DNA from: Spirochaetia bacterium
GTDB taxonomy: Bacteria > Spirochaetota > Spirochaetia > SP-2023
Direction: 5' to 3'
DNA length: 64,000 nt
NCBI GenBank assembly: GCA_965263295.1
Contig: OZ253665.1
Location: 1,056,001 to 1,120,000 of the forward strand
The notes beneath the pieces were generated by a model. It saw only the letters and a program-made list of their open reading frames with translations, ran no database searches and was not told the DNA's origin. Of this stretch, positions 1 to 9,906 are shown in pieces. Numbering within the stretch: position 1 is the stretch's first letter; every line of letters begins with the position of its first letter. The translations under genes and the position numbers were made by a program.

Positions 1-1
1 C

Positions 2-1618
2 ACAATTACAGGTCATGGAGCTGCTAAACCCATTAATTTGTCTGGGTTTAAAACGACAGCTGAGGCAGCGGATGAATTATTGACAGCCAAAGTGCAATCT
101 TTGAAGCCGAGTGATTTTGGATCCATTGTTAGCCATAATAAACTCCCAAGTGCGATAACAAAAGCTGACATTAAAAGGATTCCTGGTCTAAAAGATTTAA
201 CGGATCATGACATTAAAAAGTTGACTCCTGATGAAGATAAGGGTGAGTTAAGTTTCATTATTAGAAATCATGGACGTGCTAAACTCATTAATTTGACAGG
301 GTTTCAAACTAAAGCTGAAGCTGCGGAAGAAGCATTGACAGCCAAAGTGCAATCTTTGAAGCCGAGTGATTTGAACTCAATTATTAGCGATCAGAAAGTC
401 CCCAGTGAGGTGCTTGCAGAATCAGAAACGGCTAAGGCTGAGATTCTTGGCATCCTTCAAAAGATTCCTGGTTTAGGCTCTTTGGAACGAAATAACATTG
501 AGTTGGGTTCTCCCAATGACGATGCGGGTACTTTAACCGTCACGATTACAGGTCATGGAGCTGCTAAACCCATTAATTTATCAGGGTTTAAAACGACAGA
601 AGCTGTAGTGCAATCTTTGAAGCCGAGTGATTTGAACTCAATTATTAGCGATCAGAAAGTCCCCAGTGAGGTGCTTGCAGAATCAGAAACGGCTAAGGCG
701 GAGATTCTTGGCATCCTTCAAAAGATTCCTGGTTTAGGCTCTTTGGAACGAAATAACATTGAGTTGGGTTCTCCCAATGACGATGCGGGTACTTTAACCG
801 TCACGATTACAGGTCATGGAGCTGATAAACCCATTAATTTGTCTGGGTTTAAAACGACAGAAGCTGTAGTGCAATCTTTGAAGCCGAGTGATTTGGACTC
901 AATTATTAGCGATCAGAAAGTCCCCAGTGAAGTGCTTGCAGAATCAGAAACGGCTAAGGCGGAGATTCTTGGCATTCTTCAAAAGATTCCTGGTTTAGGG
1001 ACTTTGGAACGGAATAACATTGAGTTGGACTCTCCCAATGACAAGGATGGTGAGTTGACAGTCAAGATTACAGGTCATGGAGCTGATAAATTCATTAATT
1101 TGTCAGGGTTTAGAACGACAGGAGATGTATTGGAGTCTTTGATGACTGATAAGGATAAGGCTAAGAGTTATTTCGAAGAAATTATTAGCGAGGATAAACT
1201 CCCAAGTGAGGTAACAAAAGCTGAAATTCTTGACATCCTTCAAAAGATTCCTGGTTTAAAATCTTTGGAAATGAAGTTCATAATAAAACTGGATCCCAAG
1301 TATAAATCGGGTGAGTTAGTTATTACGACTCTTTATAAGGGGGATTTCGGGGTCATTGTGTTGGAAGGTTTTCAAACGACAGAAGGTGTAGTGCAATCTT
1401 TGACTAAGGATGATTTTGAATCACTTGACAAGAAAAGACTCTCAAGTGCAGTAACAGAAGCTGAAATTCTTGATTTCCTTAAAAAGATTCCTGGTTTAAG
1501 CTATTTAACGGATGATGATATTTCTGTGGCGAGCCTTCAAGATCAATTATTAGTTGTAATTTTACATTATGGAGATGAGAAACATATTGTTGTGGGAGGG
1601 TTTATAGTGAAGAATTAG
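2..1618 (+). CDS. 5'-truncated tandem-repeat surface protein (~85-87 aa units, Lipoprotein_17/Mollicutes variable surface protein-like)
   Basis: Frame is open from base 2 (TITGHGAAKPINLSGF) to TAG at 1616-1618. At least six units of the form K(L/V)PS...DDxGxLxVxI...IxLxGFxT. Confidence 0.75.
   Translation, partial: TITGHGAAKPINLSGFKTTAEAADELLTAKVQSLKPSDFGSIVSHNKLPSAITKADIKRIPGLKDLTDHDIKKLTPDEDKGELSFIIRNHGRAKLINLTGFQTKAEAAEEALTAKVQSLKPSDLNSIISDQKVPSEVLAESETAKAEILGILQKIPGLGSLERNNIELGSPNDDAGTLTVTITGHGAAKPINLSGFKTTEAVVQSLKPSDLNSIISDQKVPSEVLAESETAKAEILGILQKIPGLGSLERNNIELGSPNDDAGTLTVTITGHGADKPINLSGFKTTEAVVQSLKPSDLDSIISDQKVPSEVLAESETAKAEILGILQKIPGLGTLERNNIELDSPNDKDGELTVKITGHGADKFINLSGFRTTGDVLESLMTDKDKAKSYFEEIISEDKLPSEVTKAEILDILQKIPGLKSLEMKFIIKLDPKYKSGELVITTLYKGDFGVIVLEGFQTTEGVVQSLTKDDFESLDKKRLSSAVTEAEILDFLKKIPGLSYLTDDDISVASLQDQLLVVILHYGDEKHIVVGGFIVKN
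347..1129 (+). repeat. Three near-identical 261-bp tandem repeats inside the surface protein gene
   Basis: gtgcaatctttgaagccgagtgattt starts at 347, 608 and 869. Diverged units start at 92, ~1130 and 1391. Confidence 0.95.
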
Positions 1619-1672
1619 ATTGTCCCCAAATGAATCGGATTAGTTAATTTTTAAGGATTTATTCGCTGTGTG

Positions 1673-1708
1673 GTCGCCCCGCTTATTTAAAGTGGGGCGG
1701 CTTTTTTT
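1673..1708 (+). terminator. Rho-independent terminator
   Basis: Stem gtcgccccgctt/aagtggggcggc followed by T7, 54 nt after the stop codon. Confidence 0.85.
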
Positions 1709-2191
1709 CGTGGAACCAAACCACGAAAAGCACGAAAGGTGGCGAAAGGGGGACCACGAAAGGGCACGAAATAGGGCGAAAAGGCACGAAATCTAGACGG
1801 GGGATCTGTGGGCGCCAGGGGAAAGCAGAAAAGGGGGCCGAATGAACGACGGGAGCTGCGGGAGGCGTTCAGGCGGGAGGCGCGGTGTTTTAGAATTTTC
1901 GTGTTGTTTTGTATTTTTTAGTGTTTTTCGTGGTTACTCGGCCAGGGACTATGAAAGGGAACCACGAATTGCACGAAAGGTGGCGAAATGTCACGAAATG
2001 GAGGCAGGGGGGCCGGAAATTTTCCTTTGGGTGGCAAGGAGGCAGGAAAAAAGGGCGACGGGAGGCAGGAAGGGCGTTTAGGCAGCAGGCGCGGTGTTTT
2101 AGAATTTTTCGTGTTGTTTCGTATTTTTTTGTGTTTTTCGTGGTTACTTGGCCAGGGACTATGGAGGGGAACCACGAAAAGCACGAAAGGT
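1705..2191. repeat. REPIN/BIME-like array of palindromic repeats (aaccacgaaaagcacgaaa / tttcgtg..tttcgtggtt)
   Basis: Left arms start at 1719, 1960 and 2170; inverted right arms end at 1935 and 2145. A ~90-bp block at 1878-1968 is nearly identical to 2087-2178. Confidence 0.85.
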
Positions 2192-2207
2192 CGGCATCAG
2201 CAACAGA

Positions 2208-3212
2208 CTACAGACAGGTAGTTATTTGTCGCCGAATACGCTCCCAGTCCAAGCCAGGAAAAGGCAGGTCATTTTGCCAACAAGCTGCCTGCAATGTATT
2301 ATATAATAACATTGTGATGGTCATCGGGCCAATCCCACCAGGAACCGGAGTTATATGACTGGCTTTGGGCAATAACGCTTCGTAGTCCATATCCCCGACC
2401 AGGCGGTAACCGCGTTTTCGGCTCCGATCTTCAATACGATTGATACCGACATCTATCAAAATGGTATGCGCTTTTGCCATATCAGCCCTCACCAAACCGG
2501 GGCAACCTGCCGCTGAAATAATAACGTCAGCGTTGAGGCAATGAGCTGCCAGATCTTTTGTATGCGAATTACACTGGGTCACCGTAGCGTCACCTAAACC
2601 CAGGTTAAAGCCTTCATCTGGTTTCTGAGAAAGCAGATGACTGAGGGGATTACCAACGATATGGCTGCGACCAATGACGCAAATATTTTTGCCACACACA
2701 GCCTCAGGGCCCAGGCCGTAAGCCTTCATCAGAGCCAGAATTCCCATCGGTGTACAAGGCTTCAAGCCATGCGCGTGATTGCTAAACAGGGCCCCCTGAT
2801 TTTGTATTGTAAAACAGTCCACATCTTTGGCGGCTAGAATGGTTTTATTGACCTGAGCTTCGGCGGCAGCTTCATTCTGGGACCAAGCTTGTGGCAGCGG
2901 CAATTGGACCAAGACACCGTGACAATTTACCTGAGTTTGAATTTCCTCCAGCTTCTGCAGCCCTTCTTCCAAGACCAAGCTCGCCGGGAAATGATGCACC
3001 GTACTGGCGATGCCCACTCTTTCCGCAGCCCGCTTCTTGCCCCTGACATAAGAAACACTCGGCGCAAAGTCCCCAAATAAAAGGACATCCAAACCAGGCG
3101 TCAGGCCATGTTGCGATTGCAATGCAGCGGCAATTTCCGCAAGTTGCCCCTGGATAACAGAGGCGCATTTGTTGCCGTCAAGAAGTACGGGAGGGGAAAA
3201 ACTTGCAGACAT
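2208..3212 (-). CDS. folD: Bifunctional methylene-THF dehydrogenase/cyclohydrolase
   Basis: Motifs GVLVQLPLP, KDVD, PCTPMG, GRSHIVG, IDVGINR and ITPVPGGIGPMT. Confidence 0.97.
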   Translation of the reverse strand: MSASFSPPVLLDGNKCASVIQGQLAEIAAALQSQHGLTPGLDVLLFGDFAPSVSYVRGKKRAAERVGIASTVHHFPASLVLEEGLQKLEEIQTQVNCHGVLVQLPLPQAWSQNEAAAEAQVNKTILAAKDVDCFTIQNQGALFSNHAHGLKPCTPMGILALMKAYGLGPEAVCGKNICVIGRSHIVGNPLSHLLSQKPDEGFNLGLGDATVTQCNSHTKDLAAHCLNADVIISAAGCPGLVRADMAKAHTILIDVGINRIEDRSRKRGYRLVGDMDYEALLPKASHITPVPGGIGPMTITMLLYNTLQAACWQNDLPFPGLDWERIRRQITTCL

Positions 3213-3300
3213 AAGAATGCTCCTTTACTATATCAATTACTATGTCAATTTTTTTCTTACCGACTCTTTCCGCTGTGACATCTACATGACAGAGTCCCAG

Positions 3301-4359
3301 CTAGAATTCGGCATTGGCAACGCGCAAGGACTGAATCAGCTCATCTAGTCCCCCCTGTACGACGAAGTCAAGCTTATACAAAGTCAAGGAAATTCGGTGG
3401 TCTGTAACACGATTTTGCGGGAAATTATAGGTGCGAATGCGACCAGAACGATCGCCGGTGCCAACCTGGCTCTTGCGCTCAGCCGCACGTTCAGCTTCAG
3501 CCTGTTGCCGCAAATGAGCCAAGAGGCGACTGCTCAACATTTTCATTGCTTTTGCTCGATTCTTGATTTGCGAGCGTTCGTCTTGGCATTGCACGACTAG
3601 ACCCGAAGGGATATGTATAATGCGAACTGCCGAATCTGTAGTATTGACATGCTGGCCGCCGGCACCTGCGGCACGGTATGTATCAATCCTCAGATCTTTC
3701 TCTTGAATATCTACATCCATTTCTTCAGCTTCGGGCAGCACGGCCACGGTGGCCGCAGAAGTATGAATACGGCCTTGCGATTCAGTAACCGGAATGCGCT
3801 GCACGCGATGCGTACCACTTTCATAACGCAACATGCCATAGACCTCTTTGCCCTTGATGCTGAATATAATTTCTTTATATCCCCCCTGCTCTTGTTCACT
3901 GACACTGAGCAACTCGGCAGCCCAGCCCTGCTTTTCCGCATAACGCAGATACATACGATATAAATCCCCAGCAAATAACGCCGCCTCGTCCCCACCCGTT
4001 CCGGCGCGAATTTCCATTATGATATTGCGCGAATCAAAGGGATCGACAGGAACCAGTAACAACTTTAAGTCTTCTATCGCCTGCTTAAAATCTTGCTCCA
4101 GAGTCGGCAACTCTTCTTCATAGAGCGCCAACATATCTTTATCTTTCTCACTCTGCAGGGCTAAGCGAACATCGGCCAACTGTGTCTTCAGATTTTGATA
4201 TCGCTGATATGCGCCCTTCAACTCAATACCCTGCTGATATTGTCGCATCACTTTCGCATAACGCTTCTGATCCTTAATCAAGGCTGGATCCATGGCGAGC
4301 TGATCGACATCTTTCAGCTCGTCTAGCGCTTCATGTACTTTAGATTCAATTCCCGTCAT
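3301..4359 (-). CDS. prfA: Peptide chain release factor 1
   Basis: [16 protein letters not shown] (PxT anticodon mimic), GAGGQHVN and [14 protein letters not shown]. Alternative GTG start at 4365. Confidence 0.98.
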   Translation of the reverse strand: MTGIESKVHEALDELKDVDQLAMDPALIKDQKRYAKVMRQYQQGIELKGAYQRYQNLKTQLADVRLALQSEKDKDMLALYEEELPTLEQDFKQAIEDLKLLLVPVDPFDSRNIIMEIRAGTGGDEAALFAGDLYRMYLRYAEKQGWAAELLSVSEQEQGGYKEIIFSIKGKEVYGMLRYESGTHRVQRIPVTESQGRIHTSAATVAVLPEAEEMDVDIQEKDLRIDTYRAAGAGGQHVNTTDSAVRIIHIPSGLVVQCQDERSQIKNRAKAMKMLSSRLLAHLRQQAEAERAAERKSQVGTGDRSGRIRTYNFPQNRVTDHRISLTLYKLDFVVQGGLDELIQSLRVANAEF

Positions 4360-4406
4360 TATCACCTAACCGATGGAGAAAATATTTTTCTGGCATATTT
4401 ACGTCT

Positions 4407-6527
4407 TTAACCGTAGAGCTTGCGCTCATTTCCACGTTTCGACGGGACGGCAAAGAACCCATCTTCTTCGCTAAAGGCCCACACCTGGTTGCGGCCATTC
4501 TCCTTGGCCTGATATAAACTCTTATCAGCATAATTCAAAGTATCTGTAAAAGACAGATCCCGCGAACTGCTCGCCAGGCCAATACAAATTGTCAACTGTA
4601 AAGACGCCTCTCGGGTCTGGATAATCATTTGTTCCACCGTGCGCCGGGCACCTTCTGCTACCTGTATAGCCCCCTGCAAAGAGGTATCAGGCAGGATAAT
4701 CAAAAATTCCTCCCCACCCCAGCGCCCGAGGTGATCACTCATACGAAAAGTTGAAACCAGTGAGTTGGTCAAGGACTTTAAGGCCAAGTCTCCGATCTCA
4801 TGGCCATACTTATCATTGATATCTTTAAAGCGATCAACGTCCAGCAAAATCAATGAAAAAATAGAGCCAGAACGTTTCATACGATTAAATTCGTAACTGC
4901 AAATCTGGTCCAGACCCTTGCGATTTAATAGCCCCGTCAGCTCATCTGTAACGGACTGTTCACGCCAGTAATTGACAGTCTCCACCAGTTTGACAAAACG
5001 CTGCTGCACTTCGAGAACCAGGCGTTCGCCCATCGCACTCTCGGCATCCAACGCCTGGATTTTGGCAAGTAACTCTGCATGGGAATAACCCTCCTGCCCT
5101 TCTTTGCCATCGTCGCAGTTGTCATGCCTTTCCACTAGCTCATCAGGAGAGGGCAAACGCTTGACATACTGGCTAATGTGTAAAAAGTCCCTGGCATATT
5201 GAGTCATGAAAAACGAATAAAACAACAACGGAATAAACATAATGGTAAAAAATATAGCAAATAGAAGAACTATATTTATCAACTTGCGTCGATAGTTGCC
5301 ATTCAAAAACTGCGATTTGTCCCACCAAATCTGATTAACCACGCTATCTAAAATAACCAGATTACGCGAAGTCGGTAGCATGTACATTTTCCCAATCGAA
5401 ATCACCTGTGACTTATAGTCATTGTGATACCGTTGATCCAGACTCTCAAAAATATTACTGACAACCAATGGCTTCATGTAACCACGCATCTGCAAGTCCA
5501 TATCCAGGCGCCTGCCACGCTCCTCCTCGCTTTCGGCGCTCAGCAAAAAATCTAGACTCGGATCAGCCAGATTAGGATCACTAGATGGGCGAATTACGGC
5601 CAGAATGGCTGAGGCCATTTCTGAGTAAAAGACATCTCTTTGATTGCTCAATTTACCACTACTCAAGCCATATTTCTCTAAACTTGTTTGATTTCCGTAG
5701 GTTTTAAAAAAATACGAATTATCTTCCGCCTCGTCCAAGGTCAACAAGCTTGTCTGTAATTGATTACGATTACCTTCTATATGATTCAATTGGTTTACAA
5801 AATAAGTAAAGAATTCGTTTGCCCGGTCAAAAACATTGCCCATCTCAATGGATACCGCAAAACGCAGTTCACGACCTTCCATCGCAAAGTCGTAAAGCAG
5901 TAACGTCAATACCGACTCCAAAGTGTGGTGAGAAATACCTAATTGAAGATCATACTGCAAATATGAAGAAACACTGCGATCCTTCAAAATCTTTGCAGCG
6001 TCATAACCCAAATACAATTGAACGTCCATAGGTTTTAAATCGGCAAGGTTTTTCCAACCAGCTTGCTTTTGATCTGCTACCTGCAAGACCTCTCCTGCCG
6101 TGCCAAGCAGATAGTAATAAACCTTCCCTCCTAGATCCAGGCCCTGCAAGTCAGGGTAATCTTTTAAAAATTGCGTATAAAACTCCAGGTATTCAGCATT
6201 ATCCCAGCTGAGTCTAGCATCACCTTGAGCTTCCAGCTCCGTCTCCAAGCGCTCAAGAAAAGCATAAAAGCTTATTAAATGGGAACTGATCTTACTGAGC
6301 CAGAACTGTTTCCAGCTTGAGCTTAAGTTTTCCCAGATAGCTTCGTGCTTCGCTTCCAATTCTTCATCAGTATGGCGAATTCGTTCAATATTGTACTTTT
6401 CATCCGTGAAATAGGCAGCTACAAAAGGACCTATCAGAGCGGCAAAGCCAACAATTACAAACAAAACAGCTAAAAGAGCATATAAATGTAGTTTTGTTGG
6501 CAGTTTTGAATCGTATTTCAGCTCCAT
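4407..6527 (-). CDS. Membrane-bound diguanylate cyclase (TM-periplasmic domain-TM-GGDEF)
   Basis: TDELTGLLNR, DVDRFKDINDKYGH, RxxD I-site (RMSD) and RWGGEEF. Two hydrophobic segments. Confidence 0.92.
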   Translation of the reverse strand: MELKYDSKLPTKLHLYALLAVLFVIVGFAALIGPFVAAYFTDEKYNIERIRHTDEELEAKHEAIWENLSSSWKQFWLSKISSHLISFYAFLERLETELEAQGDARLSWDNAEYLEFYTQFLKDYPDLQGLDLGGKVYYYLLGTAGEVLQVADQKQAGWKNLADLKPMDVQLYLGYDAAKILKDRSVSSYLQYDLQLGISHHTLESVLTLLLYDFAMEGRELRFAVSIEMGNVFDRANEFFTYFVNQLNHIEGNRNQLQTSLLTLDEAEDNSYFFKTYGNQTSLEKYGLSSGKLSNQRDVFYSEMASAILAVIRPSSDPNLADPSLDFLLSAESEEERGRRLDMDLQMRGYMKPLVVSNIFESLDQRYHNDYKSQVISIGKMYMLPTSRNLVILDSVVNQIWWDKSQFLNGNYRRKLINIVLLFAIFFTIMFIPLLFYSFFMTQYARDFLHISQYVKRLPSPDELVERHDNCDDGKEGQEGYSHAELLAKIQALDAESAMGERLVLEVQQRFVKLVETVNYWREQSVTDELTGLLNRKGLDQICSYEFNRMKRSGSIFSLILLDVDRFKDINDKYGHEIGDLALKSLTNSLVSTFRMSDHLGRWGGEEFLIILPDTSLQGAIQVAEGARRTVEQMIIQTREASLQLTICIGLASSSRDLSFTDTLNYADKSLYQAKENGRNQVWAFSEEDGFFAVPSKRGNERKLYG

Positions 6528-6626
6528 CCTTTAAGTCCAAAGGTCCCAGTAAGTATAACAATTAAAATTGCAGCACATGCTATATATTTTTTAGTTCTTG
6601 GGCTAGTATTTTATAATAAGGTTTCA

Positions 6627-7541
6627 TTAGCATTCGGGCAGTCCCAGCAAACGCCTTACGTAGGAACCTGCTTCAAATGCGGCTAACTGATCATATTTCT
6701 CTCCTTGTCCGGCATATAAAACCGGCAACTTCAACTTTTCACTCAAAGAAAAGACAACTCCGCCACCACAATTAGAATCTAACTTCGTCACGACAGCGCC
6801 ACTCAACGGCAAAACCTCGGAAAAGGCCACGGCCTGCACCATGGCATTCTTGCCAGTGGTGGCATCCAGAACCAATAAATTATGTCTTTGTTCTGCGGCA
6901 ATCAAACGATCCAATACCCGATTGATCTTTTCTAATTCCTGTAACAAAATTTTTTTAGTATGCATTCGACCTGCGGTATCGAGCAAAACCAGTTGATGTT
7001 CCCGTGCCAAAGCGCTGGAGACGGCATCGTAGATCACGGCAGCACTGTCACTCCCCTGTTTCTGGGCCACTACGCGAACTCCCAAACGTTGACCGTGAAC
7101 TTTTAGCTGCTCAATGGCTGCAGCTCGAAAGGTGTCTCCCGCCCCGACAGTAATTTTATCTAAAGATATACCAAGCTTCTCGTTAAAATAATGAATCAAC
7201 TTGGCCAAACTCGTAGTCTTGCCCACACCATTTATCCCCAAAAGCATCAATACCTGCAGAGAATCGGCGGAATGAATCCGCTTCTCAAGGCGACCATCGT
7301 TACCTAGTAGAACAGCTTCCAGCTGCTGGGCCAATTGCAACAACAGATCTTCTTCGCTCTGCAACTTTTGTTTAATGGCCTGTTGTCGCAACTCTTCGCT
7401 GAAATTTATGGCCAATGTCGGGTCAATATCGGCTTCAAGCAAAAGATCTTCAAGTTCGTCCAGACTCTTGGTCGAAAACTGCGGTTTTTGAAAAAATTCC
7501 CGCAGGCGCTGTTGCCAAGAGCGTCGATTCAATAGTCCCAT
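6627..7541 (-). CDS. ftsY: SRP receptor FtsY (NG domain only)
   Basis: GINGVGKTT, DTFRAAAIEQL, DTAGR and TKLD. Confidence 0.96.
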   Translation of the reverse strand: MGLLNRRSWQQRLREFFQKPQFSTKSLDELEDLLLEADIDPTLAINFSEELRQQAIKQKLQSEEDLLLQLAQQLEAVLLGNDGRLEKRIHSADSLQVLMLLGINGVGKTTSLAKLIHYFNEKLGISLDKITVGAGDTFRAAAIEQLKVHGQRLGVRVVAQKQGSDSAAVIYDAVSSALAREHQLVLLDTAGRMHTKKILLQELEKINRVLDRLIAAEQRHNLLVLDATTGKNAMVQAVAFSEVLPLSGAVVTKLDSNCGGGVVFSLSEKLKLPVLYAGQGEKYDQLAAFEAGSYVRRLLGLPEC

Positions 7542-7614
7542 TATTTTAATTCCCTTAAATTATCCATTTATTTATAATGGAAACATGGATGAAATGTTCT
7601 CACAACCAAGATCA

Positions 7615-8934
7615 TCAAGAAAACAAAGCTCTCTGATTGCTGTCTTGCGGTTTTTTCCCGTCGCCGATAACTTGATCCAGTCCCAGTTTACTGAGCCACT
7701 GCTCCCATTGCTCCGGACTATCAAATTCGACCTGCAACAACGCTCTACGCGGCCGAACGGAAGAGTTCGCCAGCTGCTCTCCGCTTGGTTCTCCACTTGG
7801 CACTTCACTCAGGTTCCCCTGCAGACGTAATTCTAAATTCAGGTGCAGGGCCTCCGCCAAATGAATTTCCAATTCTTTAATACTAAATAACATGTCGTAT
7901 ACACGCCAGTGCTCTGTGCCAAGCCGGTTCTGGTCTGGAAGCGTATAGCCACTGCGCCCGGTCGCATCGCCTAAATGCGACTTTTTGGCATTAGCCGCAG
8001 GCGTAGCTGGCCCTCTTTGTATACGGGGGCTCAATGTTTGCGGAGCTTTCTTGGGGGGAGCTTCAGCCTCAGGCCCTGCTTCTGGCGCTAAAATTTCAAC
8101 CCCCAGATCAGGCGCTTCACTCCGTGCGGCTGGCTCTGCTTGATTCCATTGCAGGCCGTAACGCTCAACCTGACGCACGGTCCAAGACTCCGCCACGCAA
8201 CGCTCATAAGCCTCAAGCAAGCGTGCTGTGTCCTTAATCATCAGCAGAGCCTTGGCATGGCCAGAGCGAATCTGTCCTTGAGTCAGGCCCTCCTGCACGG
8301 CAGGAGGCAGTTGCAACAGGCGCAAGCTATTGGCCAGCGCCGAACGCCCTTTCCCCAGACGCTTGGCCATTTCGTTTTGCGAGAGTCCAGAGATACGCAG
8401 CAGATGCTCATACGCCAGGGCCTCGTCAATCGGAGTCAAGTCTTCGCGCTGAATATTTTCGATCAGAGCCAGCTCAAAATGCTCGACCTCCGAAACAGCC
8501 TTGACAATGGCGGGAATGCGTTGCCACTTAAGGACCTGGCAGGCACGGAAACGGCGCTCACCCGCAATGATGCGATATTTTACATCATCCTTGGCAAGCT
8601 CGGGCTCAGACACGGGCACAACCAGAATGGGCGATAAAAGTCCGTGTTCAAATATCGACTGGGCCAGCTCACTAATCGTCAACTCGTCAAAATACTTGCG
8701 CGGTTGCCCATCAGACGCACAAATACTGGCCAAAGGCAATTCCTGGATCTGCGTGCCCACAAGCTTATGGGCTTCTCCCGCCACAGCCTGCTGATCTCCT
8801 GCGACGGCATGCTCCCCCTCTTCGTGCCAATCGGCACAAACGTTTTTCTTCATTTGCTCTAAGCGATTACTTAAATCATCAGCGGGGAGCAAAGCCTCCA
8901 GCCCCCTGCCCAAGCCGGTTACGCGTTTAGCCAC
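7615..8934 (-). CDS. parB: ParB/Spo0J partition protein with long low-complexity C-terminal region
   Basis: GTG start after AAGGAGG, overlapping the parA stop. Motifs LGRGLEAL, QPRKYF, IIAGERRFRA and ENIQREDL, plus an HTH. Confidence 0.93.
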   Translation of the reverse strand: MAKRVTGLGRGLEALLPADDLSNRLEQMKKNVCADWHEEGEHAVAGDQQAVAGEAHKLVGTQIQELPLASICASDGQPRKYFDELTISELAQSIFEHGLLSPILVVPVSEPELAKDDVKYRIIAGERRFRACQVLKWQRIPAIVKAVSEVEHFELALIENIQREDLTPIDEALAYEHLLRISGLSQNEMAKRLGKGRSALANSLRLLQLPPAVQEGLTQGQIRSGHAKALLMIKDTARLLEAYERCVAESWTVRQVERYGLQWNQAEPAARSEAPDLGVEILAPEAGPEAEAPPKKAPQTLSPRIQRGPATPAANAKKSHLGDATGRSGYTLPDQNRLGTEHWRVYDMLFSIKELEIHLAEALHLNLELRLQGNLSEVPSGEPSGEQLANSSVRPRRALLQVEFDSPEQWEQWLSKLGLDQVIGDGKKPQDSNQRALFS

Positions 8935-9706
8935 GTGCGATGACCTCCTTTGCCAAGGCCTTGTAACTCCTGGCACCGACACAGTCGGGAGAATACAGGG
9001 AAATGGGCAAGGCGTGCGACGGAGCCTCCGAGAGCCGTACATTGCGCGGAATGATGGTATTAAAAATATAATCTGGGTGGCTGACAAATGTATTGCGCAC
9101 CGAATTAATCACGGCATTGGCAAATTTCGTTCGGCTGTCGTACATCGTGAAGACGATGCCGCCAATTTGCAAGCCGGGATTAACGCCCTGCTGAATCTTG
9201 TAAATAGTGTTAAAAATCATGCCCAAAAGACCTTCAAGGGCCAAAAACTCGCACTGTAAAGGGATCAATACCCGATCCGCCGCGGCAAAGCCATTCAAGG
9301 TCAAAACGCCTAAAGAAGGCGGACAGTCGATCAGAATATAATCAAAGGAATCCTCAATTGGCAGCAAAGCCGTTTTGAGATACTTAGACCAGCCTTCCAC
9401 CTTGGCCAGCTCCACCGTGGCGCCAGATAAATGCAGATTGGCTGGAGCCAGAAACAGGTTTTTAAGGCCGAGCTCTCTGAGCTCAACGATGATCTCCTGG
9501 ATGCCGCATTCACCCAGGAGAACTTCGTACATGCCAACACTTTCCATATCATGCTGACCAAAGTGACTGGAAAGGTTTCCCTGAGGGTCAAAATCAACCA
9601 TCAATACGCGATACCCCTCTAGAGTCAAATATGTCGCGAGGTTTGCGGTTGTCGTGGTTTTACCCACACCACCTTTCTGGTTTGCGACAACATATGTTCG
9701 GGCCAT
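8927..9706 (-). CDS. parA: ParA/Soj ATPase
   Basis: NQKGGVGKTT, DFDPQGN, IDCPPSLG and IPRNVRLSEAPS. Confidence 0.97.
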   Translation of the reverse strand: MARTYVVANQKGGVGKTTTTANLATYLTLEGYRVLMVDFDPQGNLSSHFGQHDMESVGMYEVLLGECGIQEIIVELRELGLKNLFLAPANLHLSGATVELAKVEGWSKYLKTALLPIEDSFDYILIDCPPSLGVLTLNGFAAADRVLIPLQCEFLALEGLLGMIFNTIYKIQQGVNPGLQIGGIVFTMYDSRTKFANAVINSVRNTFVSHPDYIFNTIIPRNVRLSEAPSHALPISLYSPDCVGARSYKALAKEVIARG

Positions 9707-9798
9707 GCCGGTATTGTAGTCAAGTTTCTGGCGATTGCCTAGCGGCAATGCGTTCTACTCTTTCCACTCCTGGCTGGCGATACTTGCCTCAAAAAATA

Positions 9799-9827
9799 TT
9801 GACGGAATTCATCTTCTTTATTAAATT
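9799..9827 (+). promoter_or_regulatory. Putative sigma70 promoter for the small ORF at 9907
   Basis: TTGACG-N17-TAAATT. Confidence 0.5.
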
Positions 9828-9906
9828 AACATTCATTTTTTATATTTTAGCCAAGCATTTAATCTGAAAGAGACCAACTATTCAATTCTAAAAAGGAGCA
9901 TAAAAT

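Noticed and set aside
1705..2191. CRISPR array or integron attC array
   Set aside because: The units are >200 bp, the cores resemble each other, and there is no cas gene, integrase or RYYYAAC/GTTRRRY ends.
1842..2358. Several overlapping ORFs (79, 149, 88 and 77 aa)
   Set aside because: They are translations of the palindromic repeat array (NHEKHE / FFVFFVV patterns), and one runs antisense into folD.
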